Shown here: positions 30,532 through 40,513 of the stretch, in pieces | Layout of the letters: every line of letters begins with the position of its first letter | Numbering within the stretch: the stretch's first letter is position 1 | Source of the DNA: Chloroflexota bacterium | GTDB taxonomy: Bacteria; Chloroflexota; Dehalococcoidia; JABGRK01 | Direction: 5' to 3' | Length of the DNA stretch: 64,000 bases | Assembly: GCA_018648325.1 (NCBI GenBank) | Contig: JABGRK010000010.1 | Location: forward strand, 8,621 to 72,620 | Translations under genes and position numbers: made by a program | Notes under the pieces: generated by a model | What the model was told of the DNA's origin: nothing | Databases searched by the model: none | The model's input: only the letters and a program-made list of their open reading frames with translations

Positions 30532-30786
30532 GATATTCCCCCATAAAGCCTCTTTTATTATCGATGTATTATAGCACTTCTTTAACCTTAAACAAGTAAA
30601 AGCTCAAGTGACGATAAACCGGCTTTGTAACCAATTCTATGCTGCTATCGTATTTACTCGATTACCCTCTACCAAATATAAAATGTGATTTTTTTGTGAT
30701 ACATACGTATCAATATGTAATAATCATGATAGAGCAGTATTATAGACTGCAAAGTATCAAATATATCATGATACCGGAGGCATCTC

Positions 30787-31170
30787 ATGGAAACACCGAG
30801 CATTCTTGTTGTAGACGATGAACCTGGGATACTGGAAACCGTCTATGACATACTGGATATCAAAGGATACAAGGTTGCAATGGCAGAAAACGGTGCCAAA
30901 GGCGTGGCGTTAGTTAGCAAACAATACTTCGATATTGTTTTAATTGATATCGTCATGCCAGAAATGAATGGAGTTGAAGCCTATAACCACATTAAACGTA
31001 TCTCCCCGGATACACGGGTAATTATGATGACCGGATATGGCTCTGACCACCCGTTGGTCAAAAGTGCCCTCAAAAGCGGGGTTGAACGCCTACTGCACAA
31101 GCCTTTTGAAATCAAGAACATGCTGGGCGTCATAGACGAAGCTGTAAATCACGCCCCAATGCTAGTCTAG
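30787..31170 (+). CDS. Single-domain (CheY-like) response regulator
   Basis: ILVVDDEP..DIVLIDIVMP..MMTGY..K receiver residues; 127 aa with no output domain. Confidence 0.85.
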   Translation: METPSILVVDDEPGILETVYDILDIKGYKVAMAENGAKGVALVSKQYFDIVLIDIVMPEMNGVEAYNHIKRISPDTRVIMMTGYGSDHPLVKSALKSGVERLLHKPFEIKNMLGVIDEAVNHAPMLV

Positions 31171-31287
31171 CTGGAAAATACTTACTATCCCAACTGGTAT
31201 CTCAAAACATGCTTGCCGCATGAAATTACAGCCACACGTATACTGTTTATTCAACCGCAATTATCGTTACTGATCTGCATTTAGGTA

Positions 31288-31316
31288 TTGACAGCCTGCA
31301 TAGCTATGCTAACATA
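31288..31316 (+). promoter_or_regulatory. Candidate sigma70-type promoter for tRNA-Arg
   Basis: TTGACA at 31288..31293, a 16-17-nt spacer, and TAACAT/AACATA about 75 nt upstream of the tRNA. Confidence 0.3.
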
Positions 31317-31390
31317 TATATGTGAGGTTTTCGCACTTGACTCCCAGGTACAAGCCAAGGAGCTGCCCCCAAAAAGCCTGATACATATAC

Positions 31391-31467
<77 letters not shown>

Positions 31468-31485
31468 TTTTTTGAAGCTAAATAA

Positions 31486-31518
31486 GCCCTATACTATTAA
31501 TCGGTATAGGGTTTTATT
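31486..31518 (+). terminator. Rho-independent terminator after tRNA-Arg
   Basis: Stem (G)CCCTATAC/GTATAGGG(T) with a 9-nt loop, followed by TTTTATT. Confidence 0.55.
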
Positions 31519-31739
31519 ATTGAATGGCACTAATTTGGCACTAATCAGATTCAATAGTACATCCATATAGTTATCCCGATGATTATACCGATGTTAACTG
31601 AGGTAATAGCCTAACCGACTCTTTTTGACTTTTAGAATTATAGTGCATGAAAAACAAACATCCCTATGTTCGTACGGTAGAAGAGGTTGATAGTCTTTTC
31701 AAACGACTGATCATGAATGGCCTTAGAGACGTATTGGGA

Positions 31740-33977
31740 TTAAGTTAGCTCTGTTACCAGAATACGAGCATCCACAACCGTATAACCCTGACCTTTGGGC
31801 ATAACCTTAACCGGATTAAAGTCCAGCTCTGCAATCTCAGGGATGTCCTCAATCAGCGCGGACAATCTCAACAGCAGATCGATAAGTGATTTCTTGTCGC
31901 TGGGTGGCGCGCCTCTGAAGCCGTCAAAAAGCTTGGCCATTTTTATAGAGTCAATCAACTCCTCGGCACTCAGATCCGTCAACGGATGCAGCCTTACAGA
32001 AACATCGTTTAAAAGCTCGGAGTAGATGCCACCGGTACCAAACATTATCAGCGGCCCAAACAGCTTGTCCTGCGTAACGCCAACTATCGTTTCAAAGCTG
32101 CCTTTAACCATAGGCTGCACCATCACCCCGTCCATCTCGCTTTCGCGCCCCAATACCACAAGCTGCTCTTTGATGTCATTGAATGCATCTCCAACCTTGC
32201 TTCTAGTTCTTACGTCAACCATAACGCCACCCACCTCAGTCTTGTGCAAGATGGTCGACGAGTTGAGTTTAACAACTACCGGAAGTCCGATATTTGATGC
32301 AATATCCTCCGCGTCCCTGGACGTTCTGGCAACGTGCGTTTCGATAAAATTAATGCCATAGCAACCCAGCAGTGTCGCAATATCAATTGTGTTTAGCCAA
32401 AAAGCCCCACGTTTACTTTCTGCAAGCAACTTATCTATGAGTGCTCTGGCCTCTTCTTTTCTGATGTCTCCCAGTTCAGGTATTACACCCTTGGGTATTT
32501 TAAGCAGATTGTTATGGCACGTCGCTCGTGAAATTGCTCTAATTGCATCCTCTGGGAAGAGATATGTAGGTACATAATGACGCTTGGACCCCAGTTTCTC
32601 GATTATGCCATGCTGCCCAATAAAGCAGGAAACAATGGGTTTATCTTGCTGAGCAAAAAGAGGCGCCACATCTCCTATGGCATTTGCCATTTCATTGGTG
32701 CCCATAGTGGTGGGCGGTATGAATATGGTAAGTACACTGTCGTAGTTCGGATCAGTAGCCAGCATACTCAAAACTTTCTTAAAAACATCGGGAGATGCAC
32801 CGGCAGTCAGATCAAGCGGGTTATTTATCCTGATATCACGTGTGATCATGGCACTTATTTTTTGGGCCGTTTCCTTCTTGAACTGTGGCAGTGCCAACCC
32901 ACTGCGCTCGGCAAAATCAGCACTCATGGTTCCCGGTCCACCGCCATTGGTCACGATGGCAATACGATTACCTTTTGGAAGAGGTTGATTTGACAGAAGT
33001 GCAGCCAGATCAAACAACTCCTCCACCGAATCCACACGTATGATGCCCGCCTGATTGAACAGCGCTTCCGACACTATTCCCGGAGTGGCCAGCGCGCCGG
33101 TATGCGACAGAGCCGCCCTTGAACCGGCAGGGGTATTACCGCTTTTTACGGCCACAATCGGTTTTGTGGCCGAAATTCGCTTGGCGATACGGGCAAACCT
33201 TCTGGGATTTCCAAACGACTCAAGATAAAGCAATATTACTTTCGTTACTTCATCTTTCTCCCAGTATTCCAGCATATCGTTTGTAGATACATCGGCGCGA
33301 TTACCCACACTAATGAATGTGGATATACCTATATTCAAATCACTGGCATGTCGCAGTGTGACCAGCCCCATAGCACCGCTCTGTGAGAGGAAAGCGACAT
33401 TTCCAGCAGGGGGGAAAACTTTTGAAAACGTGGCGTTCAGATTAATTGCGGGATCGGTGTTGATAACACCCATGCAGTTGGGACCCACCAGACGCATGCC
33501 ATATTTTCTGGCGATATTGCGCAGCAAACTCTCGTTTTTGACACCTATGGGCCCACGCTCTCTGAAACCGTCGGAGATAACTACCATGGCACGCACACCC
33601 TTGCGTCCGCACTCGTCAGCCACCGTGAGCACAGCCCTGGTCGGAACAACAATGATTGCCAGGTCAACATCGCCGGGTACGTCAAGTACTGATGGATAGG
33701 TTTTGATCGACATGGTGGCCTCTGCATTAGGGTTGACTGGATAGATAACACCAGTGAAATCAGCATCCAGCAACGAGCGTAGGATTATGTGGCCCAGTGT
33801 GCCCACTCCTCTGGATGCGCCGATTACCGCCACCGAGCGCGGCGACAACACGGGTGTAAGCGTATCTATACTGGGACGCGTTTTCTTTTTCTTTAATACA
33901 TCAGCCATAAGTACACCAGATAATAAACGAAAACGGCGCTGCTGGCAATAATCAACCTGTAAATATACCTGCAACAC
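31740..33977 (-). CDS. Acetate--CoA ligase (ADP-forming), fused alpha/beta (NDP-forming acyl-CoA synthetase family)
   Basis: CoA-binding N-terminus (VAVIGASR..GVIYPVNPN), a succinyl-CoA-synthetase-like ligase-CoA domain and a C-terminal ATP-grasp. The start is uncertain; an alternative ATG (MADVLKK) lies at 33908. Confidence 0.82.
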   Translation of the reverse strand: MLQVYLQVDYCQQRRFRLLSGVLMADVLKKKKTRPSIDTLTPVLSPRSVAVIGASRGVGTLGHIILRSLLDADFTGVIYPVNPNAEATMSIKTYPSVLDVPGDVDLAIIVVPTRAVLTVADECGRKGVRAMVVISDGFRERGPIGVKNESLLRNIARKYGMRLVGPNCMGVINTDPAINLNATFSKVFPPAGNVAFLSQSGAMGLVTLRHASDLNIGISTFISVGNRADVSTNDMLEYWEKDEVTKVILLYLESFGNPRRFARIAKRISATKPIVAVKSGNTPAGSRAALSHTGALATPGIVSEALFNQAGIIRVDSVEELFDLAALLSNQPLPKGNRIAIVTNGGGPGTMSADFAERSGLALPQFKKETAQKISAMITRDIRINNPLDLTAGASPDVFKKVLSMLATDPNYDSVLTIFIPPTTMGTNEMANAIGDVAPLFAQQDKPIVSCFIGQHGIIEKLGSKRHYVPTYLFPEDAIRAISRATCHNNLLKIPKGVIPELGDIRKEEARALIDKLLAESKRGAFWLNTIDIATLLGCYGINFIETHVARTSRDAEDIASNIGLPVVVKLNSSTILHKTEVGGVMVDVRTRSKVGDAFNDIKEQLVVLGRESEMDGVMVQPMVKGSFETIVGVTQDKLFGPLIMFGTGGIYSELLNDVSVRLHPLTDLSAEELIDSIKMAKLFDGFRGAPPSDKKSLIDLLLRLSALIEDIPEIAELDFNPVKVMPKGQGYTVVDARILVTELT

Positions 33978-33993
33978 CGTTTAATTTGTTAAT

Positions 33994-35271
33994 TTAACGA
34001 CTCTTGTTGGAAACCCACCCACGCAGCTTCATTACATCCACCACACGCTGTACCGCCAATACGTAGGCCGCCTCTCTCATAGATATGTCATATTTCCTGC
34101 TGGTGTCCAGCACGGAACGGTAGGCAGTAGTCATTTTGCGATTAAGCAGTTCGTGAACTTCGTCCTCCCGCCAAGAGTACATGTACGAGTTCTGCACCAT
34201 CTCAATATAAGAAACGGTTACACCGCCGGCATTGCACAGGAAATCGGGAATGAGATGCACACCATTTTCACGCAAAATGTCATCAGCCTCTGGTGTGGTA
34301 GGACCGTTGGCCAGCTCTGCAACAATTTTGGCTTTGATGTTATGAGCGTTTTCATCTGTAATGGCGTTCTCCATGGCAGCGGGGATCAGTATATCCGCAT
34401 CAAGTTCAAGTACCTGTTCCTTCGTAATATATTCCGCCTCCGGCAGGTTACACACCGAACCTGTAGCCTGTTTGCACTCCAGCGCAGCTTCCGGATCAAT
34501 GCCCTTCTCACTATATACGCCGCCCTTACTATCGCAAAGACCAATTATTTTGGAACCATGGAGCTCGCTCATCAACCGTGCCGCATGATAACCGGCATTA
34601 CCATAACCTTGTATGACAACAGTTGCTTTGCTTAGATCAATTCCCAGCACCTCAGCCGCCTCACGAATGGTATAAACGCCACCACGCGCTGTGGCATCAT
34701 GTCTAGCCGGAGAACCGCCGACGGTCAGCGGTTTGCCAGTAATAACACCGAACTGAGGTGGTTTGCCCTGCATCACCGAGTACTCATCCATCATCCATGC
34801 CATGATCTGTGGGGTGGTATAGACATCGGGAGCAGGCACGTCCCTCTCTGGCCCTATGAACTGGAATATGGCTCTGATATAGGCTCGGCTCAAGCGTTCC
34901 AACTCGCGTTGCGACAACTGCTTGGGGTCACAAATGATGCCACCCTTAGCCCCACCTAGAGGCAGGTCTACCAACGAAGTTTTCCATGTCATCAATGTAG
35001 CCAGCGCACGGATAGTATCGATGGTCTCCTCAGGATGAAACCTAATACCGCCCTTAGTAATACCCCTAGCATCATTATGCTGAACCCTGAAACCCTGAAA
35101 CACTTTGACGGAGCCATCATCCATATGAAGAGGCAGAGATACATGCAACTCCCGCATTGGACTCTTCAGGATAGCAACTATATCGGGGTCCATATTAAGA
35201 ATGTCGGCACATCTGTCAATCTGCTTTTTAACAACCTCAAACGGATTATTTGAAACCTTTGTCTCTAACAT
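33994..35271 (-). CDS. gdhA: Glutamate dehydrogenase (Glu/Leu/Phe/Val dehydrogenase family)
   Basis: KGGIRFHP, the catalytic lysine region LGGAKGG, a GYGNAGYH Rossmann motif; 425 aa. Confidence 0.88.
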   Translation of the reverse strand: MLETKVSNNPFEVVKKQIDRCADILNMDPDIVAILKSPMRELHVSLPLHMDDGSVKVFQGFRVQHNDARGITKGGIRFHPEETIDTIRALATLMTWKTSLVDLPLGGAKGGIICDPKQLSQRELERLSRAYIRAIFQFIGPERDVPAPDVYTTPQIMAWMMDEYSVMQGKPPQFGVITGKPLTVGGSPARHDATARGGVYTIREAAEVLGIDLSKATVVIQGYGNAGYHAARLMSELHGSKIIGLCDSKGGVYSEKGIDPEAALECKQATGSVCNLPEAEYITKEQVLELDADILIPAAMENAITDENAHNIKAKIVAELANGPTTPEADDILRENGVHLIPDFLCNAGGVTVSYIEMVQNSYMYSWREDEVHELLNRKMTTAYRSVLDTSRKYDISMREAAYVLAVQRVVDVMKLRGWVSNKSR

Positions 35272-35366
35272 CGCTTATCCCATCCTTTCGCCTGATATGA
35301 TACAAATCCTGGTATTATATACTTCTCCAACAGTTCTATGGAGTACTGTTACCTGTTATTCTGTAT

Positions 35367-35393
35367 TTCGTAATACGAACTTCGCATTACGAA
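35367..35393. promoter_or_regulatory. Tandem 13-nt palindromes (TTCGTAATACGAA c TTCGCATTACGAA) in the marR-gdh intergenic region; candidate MarR operator
   Basis: Two TTCG-N5-CGAA inverted repeats separated by 1 nt. Related copies recur at 36245 and 37255. Confidence 0.45.
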
Positions 35394-35475
35394 ATATCTC
35401 AAAAATATTACATCCTGCCAGTATCTATGTCAACACAAAACTCAATCATTATTTTGCTCAACTTAGCTTAAAACT

Positions 35476-35979
35476 TCAATACGCGACATATGGTGGATCG
35501 GTGAATTGCGGCGGAATCCACCAGTTCTTTATATCCACCAATTCATTTAGCGCATTATCTCGTAATATACGGAAAAATGACTCAGCATATTTTAGCTGCT
35601 TAGGCGGCAATACTGATATCAAACGCCGCAGGATAGACAATTTCGTTATTTGTTCATAAACTTTCTCGCCCTTTGATGTCAAGACTACCTTAACACCGTT
35701 TTTCCGTTTACTATCTTTCTCTTTACGAATGAGCCCCATCTTAACAACCCGGTTGATAAGTTCAGTTACCGTATGAGATTCCCTTATCAACCTTTTTGAT
35801 ATCTCAGTTGGAGTACAATCGCCCTCCAACTGTTTCACGATAGATATTAGTGTGGCCTGATTCGGCGTAATTCCCAGGCTCCTTAACTCCCTTTCCCTCA
35901 CTTTGGACATAGCAAGATGCGCCTGCTGAAACAGAATCCAAAACAAATATGCCGCGTCATCATTTAGGGCATCTTTCAT
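35476..35979 (-). CDS. MarR-family transcriptional regulator
   Basis: 167-aa winged-helix protein (LGITPNQATLISIVKQL..). It is paralogous to 36632..37129. Confidence 0.85.
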   Translation of the reverse strand: MKDALNDDAAYLFWILFQQAHLAMSKVRERELRSLGITPNQATLISIVKQLEGDCTPTEISKRLIRESHTVTELINRVVKMGLIRKEKDSKRKNGVKVVLTSKGEKVYEQITKLSILRRLISVLPPKQLKYAESFFRILRDNALNELVDIKNWWIPPQFTDPPYVAY

Positions 35980-36244
35980 TAACTACCTCTTAAAATATTC
36001 TTGTCAGATGCAACAATTCAAGTTCATTCCACAATGTTACCACTACAATAATATATCGTAACACGAGCTATTTTAACACCTCAAAAATAAAACTGCAACC
36101 CCCCAACTATCCACATTCCTTTGCTGCACGATTAACCGCCTATCGAACCTGCTAAAGCTTCTTCAGGTCCAATCCAAAGCTGCAAAAACCACTTTGGAAC
36201 TAATTATATCCGGCTCTTGACAAGATTAATATACGTGCCATATA

Positions 36245-36270
36245 CTCGCATTACGAATTTAGGCATACGA
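36245..36270. promoter_or_regulatory. Operator-like motif (TCGCATTACGAA ... CATACGAA) downstream of a TTGACA-N18-TATACT promoter-like element
   Basis: Same TTCG..CGAA family as the other marR-locus sites. TTGACA lies at about 36217. Confidence 0.35.
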
Positions 36271-36631
36271 ATATTAAATAACCTAGTACTCTAATAGTAA
36301 TAATTTTGGGATATAACAATTAAAAAGCCTCCCTTTCACGGCGTAGTAGGTAGGAAAAGCTGATTGGCTTCTTTAGAGCGTCCTGCCTATTGCGCATCTT
36401 TTTTTAAAAGAAGACCGTCGAGATATAAATCACCCTGCATCGCTAAGCGAATAGTATTGACGGTAAAAAGATGCCTTGATGGAGACCCTGTTTGAACTGG
36501 ATGAGTAATTGAGGAAAACAGTTTACAGTAAATATTGAGCCGGGCACGGCGCTTACCTATATAAGACATCAGAGCAGCCTGTTTACCGTGCAGTTTCTAT
36601 TAGTACATTAACACTATATATTGTAGAGCTA

Positions 36632-37129
36632 TTAGTCTAGTGACGCTAACCGCTTGGCATTTTTATACATGGTCTTAATTGCAGCGTCACCTAGTGTATC
36701 CAGATAGGTTATGAGGCTTTGACGTCTTCTGGGCGTAACTTTTGAAAATATCTTGGAGAAATACTCAACCTGCCTAGATTGACTATGTAATTCCTCTCCC
36801 AACTCAGTCATTTCAACCCGTACCATGTTCCGTCGCTCTAAATCCTGCACTTTCCTTACCATACCTTGTTCAACCATGCGATCTATAAGCTCGGTAGTGG
36901 TGCTGGGGGCCTTCAGAAGTTGCTTGGATATCTCTGCTGGGGTGGAATCAGCCTGGGTATTTTTCGTGCTATGGATAATAGCAAGAACCGTCGACTGAGC
37001 CATAGACAGCCCTATTTTTTTTAGTTCTTTCTCGCGCAGCTTTCGTAAAAAGTAATGGGTCCGCATAAGCGCTACCCATAGCGGGTAATTGTCTATAGCA
37101 ACCTTCTTGCCCATGAAATAGCCTCCCAT
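36632..37129 (-). CDS. MarR-family transcriptional regulator
   Basis: 165-aa winged-helix protein (LSMAQSTVLAIIHS..). It is divergent from the ABC transporter operon. Confidence 0.85.
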   Translation of the reverse strand: MGGYFMGKKVAIDNYPLWVALMRTHYFLRKLREKELKKIGLSMAQSTVLAIIHSTKNTQADSTPAEISKQLLKAPSTTTELIDRMVEQGMVRKVQDLERRNMVRVEMTELGEELHSQSRQVEYFSKIFSKVTPRRRQSLITYLDTLGDAAIKTMYKNAKRLASLD

Positions 37130-37254
37130 ATCCTTGAATACACCAAAAACGTAACACTATTTAGCACAAACAGAATATCAGAGACACCCTATTTTGTCTA
37201 TATTTGAGGCTTGACAAACTGCAAAATATATGGTATTTCTTATGTGCTGCGAAA

Positions 37255-37267
37255 TTCGTAAGACGAA
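37255..37267. promoter_or_regulatory. TTCGTAAGACGAA palindrome in the divergent marR / ABC-SBP promoter region
   Basis: One mismatch from TTCGTAATACGAA. It is overlapped by CGAAATTCG. Confidence 0.4.
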
Positions 37268-37393
37268 TCGTTTGCGTATTTAGCGGTGGGCTTGAAGTGT
37301 CATTGGTGCGACAAAAACCCTAGGGATTGCAAAATTTACTCTTGCAAGATTGGCTAGGGAAGTGAAATTATACATTATTAAAAGGAGGAATCC

Positions 37394-39322
37394 ATGAAGA
37401 AGCCATTGTTCAAAGTGCTGGCCTTTGTTGGGCTAGCAGCAACCATGATACTCTCATCAGTTCTGGGTGCATGCAGTAGTAGTGTAGTGCCTGGAAACGT
37501 GAGAATAGTTGGTGGGGTGCAAACAAGTAGCGGAATTAGCACACTCAACCCCTTCTGGGCACAAAGATTCCCTAATACCCAATACGTGGGACTCATTATG
37601 GAACCGCTTGTGTACGGCCAGGAAGACGGATCGTCAACCCCCCTTCTGGCAACAGACTGGAGCGTCGACAGTACCGGTAAAATATGGACTGTCAACCTTG
37701 ATCCTGATGCCATGTGGAGTGACGGCGAAGCCTTAACTGCAGATGACGTAGTGTTTACCTTCAAGCAACAGTACGCAAATGCAGGTGAATGGTCACAGGG
37801 CAGGTCAAACGGCGCAATGATGCTAGACATCAACGACGACGGTGAGCCGGATGCTGGTGCGATAGTAGCAGTAGACGATCATACAGTTAAGTTTACCCTG
37901 AATGCTACTTATGCAGAGCAGGTATTCTTGAGTGGACTCAATACCGTATTCATTTGCCCCGAGCACATATGGGCGCCCAAAATTATTGCTTTGGAAGCAG
38001 CAGACAGCAGTATAGAGCAATATGCACTGGAAGAGTCTGCTACCCTAGCAGACGAGCTAATAGGAAGTGGACCATTCCTGTTTAATGAATATGTAGCACT
38101 ACAGTATGTACTGTACGACACAGATCCTGACTATTGGGGAGGCACTCCCGCGATAGTTGATCAGGTCATGCTAAAAATGTACGCGACTGCAGACGGTGCA
38201 ACATTAGCTCTAAAATCCGGAGAAGTAGACATGCTGGCATTGGTAGAGGCAGTGGCAGAAGTGCCTAAGCTTTTACTGGACCAGAACATTACAATCGACA
38301 TTCTTCCAAACTTTAACAGCACCGTGATGTTCTTCCTTAACATGCGCTTCCCGCCATTGCACATTCTGGAAGTCAGGCAGGCCATTGATATGGCTCTAAA
38401 CAAACAGGACTTGATAACATTCGCGCAGTTTGGCTATGGCACACTGCCGAGTATGGTTCCGTTTGCCCCTGGTCTTGCTGAATCCAACGATGATCTCGAA
38501 TGGACAGACACGTACGTTGATTCAAGCGGCGATTTCCTGTCTCTTGCTGCCAGAATTGATAATGCCAATGATTTACTTGACGATGTACCCGGCATGTCAG
38601 CTTTCGTTGCAGGCGAGACAAGAACATGGACGTCTCCGGACCACGCAGTACCCGCCATTCCTTTAAGCTGGGAGGGTCTGTACCTATCGTCCCCGAGCTA
38701 TCAGAGAGCAGCAGAATTGGTTTCTTCTCAGATGGCAGAAATAGGTATTGATATTGTCCCAACCGTAGAGACCGGAGCTTTTGGCCCCAAGGTCTTCAGC
38801 GGATGGCAGGTATTTAACTATGAAACCATTATCTTCGGTTATCCGTCAGATCCTAATTTTGACGGCATGGTCAAGCAATGGGGTCAGCCAGTCTTTGGTG
38901 GAAACTACGATGGATCGGTAGTCGCTTGGAACAATGATCCGAGCATGTCACCGCCAAAGGAAGATGGCTACAGACCACAGGTTTATGATACCCCATATGA
39001 TGAGCCGACAGCCGCCCAAGAGGCCCTATGGCTGGATATTTATGACCAACTCGTAGCGGATGCAGCGGATATCAATGCTGATCTGAGGGCAACAAGGTTC
39101 ATAACAAACTCAACAGCCCGACAAGCGGCCGTCATGCAGGTACAGGAAGACTTCGCTGATGCATTACCGATTGTCAACTTGTACCATCCACAATCAATGT
39201 CAGCTTTTAGAACAGATAGTTTTGAAGGCTGGGGGAATCCCTCAGGCATCTTCCTATATGGGTTTATGCCGGGAACGACCTCTGTCACAACATTGATGAG
39301 GGTGAGTCCTATAGAGGAATAA
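37394..39322 (+). CDS. ABC transporter substrate-binding lipoprotein, family 5 (peptide/nickel/opine type)
   Basis: Lipobox LGAC after the signal peptide, and 642 aa of SBP_bac_5-like sequence. AAAGGAGG RBS. Confidence 0.85.
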   Translation: MKKPLFKVLAFVGLAATMILSSVLGACSSSVVPGNVRIVGGVQTSSGISTLNPFWAQRFPNTQYVGLIMEPLVYGQEDGSSTPLLATDWSVDSTGKIWTVNLDPDAMWSDGEALTADDVVFTFKQQYANAGEWSQGRSNGAMMLDINDDGEPDAGAIVAVDDHTVKFTLNATYAEQVFLSGLNTVFICPEHIWAPKIIALEAADSSIEQYALEESATLADELIGSGPFLFNEYVALQYVLYDTDPDYWGGTPAIVDQVMLKMYATADGATLALKSGEVDMLALVEAVAEVPKLLLDQNITIDILPNFNSTVMFFLNMRFPPLHILEVRQAIDMALNKQDLITFAQFGYGTLPSMVPFAPGLAESNDDLEWTDTYVDSSGDFLSLAARIDNANDLLDDVPGMSAFVAGETRTWTSPDHAVPAIPLSWEGLYLSSPSYQRAAELVSSQMAEIGIDIVPTVETGAFGPKVFSGWQVFNYETIIFGYPSDPNFDGMVKQWGQPVFGGNYDGSVVAWNNDPSMSPPKEDGYRPQVYDTPYDEPTAAQEALWLDIYDQLVADAADINADLRATRFITNSTARQAAVMQVQEDFADALPIVNLYHPQSMSAFRTDSFEGWGNPSGIFLYGFMPGTTSVTTLMRVSPIEE

Positions 39323-39389
39323 ATTAACTATTGCTAACGGATAGAAGTGGTAATGGGCTAGAGCCAAAGTAAAAATGATATGTTTAAAT

Positions 39390-39442
39390 GTGCCGCCACC
39401 ATCCGGTTATACTAGAAAGAAAAACCGGATGGTAGTGGCACA
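39390..39442 (+). terminator. Strong intra-operon hairpin (19-bp stem, 15-nt loop) between the SBP and permease genes
   Basis: GTGCCGCCACCATCCGGTT ... AACCGGATGGTAGTGGCAC (one mismatch, one GU pair) followed by ATGATTTTGTTTG. Confidence 0.5.
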
Positions 39443-39526
39443 TGATTTTGTTTGACATTCCCTATCTAAAATATTCAATATCCCTCGACAATAATAATTG
39501 CTGCCAATAAATAGAGAGGTGTTAAA

Positions 39527-40498
39527 TTGAGTAGACGCTGGCTAGTGAGAAGAATAGGCGTTGCCATTGTTGTTCTTTTCGTTGCTCTTCTGATAAACTT
39601 CATCCTTCCCCGTCTGATGCCCGGAGACGCCGCAGATATCTACGCGACCGCTGGAAGGATGACCGAACAAGAAAGGATGGCAATTGTACAACGATTTGGG
39701 CTTGACCAGCCTTTGTGGACTCAATTTACAAAATATATCGTTAATTCTTTTCAAGGTAATTTCGGGTACAGTTTCACCTACTACCCCAGCACCGTAATGT
39801 CGAAAGTAGTTCAAGCGCTGCCCTGGAGTCTATTCCTAATAATAAACGCCATGATATTGCAGGTAATTATTGCGTTTATTCTCGGGGCAACATCAGCATG
39901 GAAAGCTGGTGGTAAATTTGATGCCACGACTCAGGCGCTTTCTCTCGCACTGTGGGCTACTCCAATGTTCTGGCTCGCAATGCTGGCACTTTACTTTTTT
40001 GGAGCGCAGTTGCACTGGTTTCCAATAGGCGGACAAGCAACAGCCGCAGCTAATTATTCATCATTCTTTGAGCGAATAGGTGATTACTATTATCATGCTA
40101 CATTACCTATCGCGGTTCTGGTTATCAATCAATTTGGCGGCTACCAGCTAATAATGAGAAACACCATGGTTACTACAATCAAGGAGCATTATATCACTAC
40201 CGCTGAAGCCAAAGGGGTCAGTGAGAGAGCTGTAAAATACAGGCATGCTGCCAGAAACGCAATGCTACCGATGGTTACCTCCGTGGGTTTAAGATTTTCG
40301 CTTGCCGTTGCAGGTTCAATTTTCACTGAAATGATTTTCAATTATAACGGGATCGGTCGACTAATCTTCCAATCGGTGCAAATGCGCGACTACCCTGTGC
40401 TACAAGGATGCTTTTTTATCCTTTCATGTTCTGTAATAATAGCTAATCTGCTAGTGGATATTCTCTATCATCGGCTAGATCCAAGGATCAGGCACTAG
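39527..40498 (+). CDS. ABC transporter permease (DppB/OppB-like)
   Basis: 323 aa with 6 TM helices and the EAA-like loop region (TAEAKGVSERAV). TTG start with AGAGAGGTG RBS. Confidence 0.85.
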   Translation: MSRRWLVRRIGVAIVVLFVALLINFILPRLMPGDAADIYATAGRMTEQERMAIVQRFGLDQPLWTQFTKYIVNSFQGNFGYSFTYYPSTVMSKVVQALPWSLFLIINAMILQVIIAFILGATSAWKAGGKFDATTQALSLALWATPMFWLAMLALYFFGAQLHWFPIGGQATAAANYSSFFERIGDYYYHATLPIAVLVINQFGGYQLIMRNTMVTTIKEHYITTAEAKGVSERAVKYRHAARNAMLPMVTSVGLRFSLAVAGSIFTEMIFNYNGIGRLIFQSVQMRDYPVLQGCFFILSCSVIIANLLVDILYHRLDPRIRH

Positions 40499-40513
40499 TT
40501 TTGGAGGTTTAGA

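Noticed and set aside
36387-36569. 60-aa minus-strand ORF in the marR-marR gap
   Set aside because: It has no RBS and an odd composition, and it lies on the operator-bearing promoter region. It is more likely non-coding, though a decayed gene cannot be excluded.
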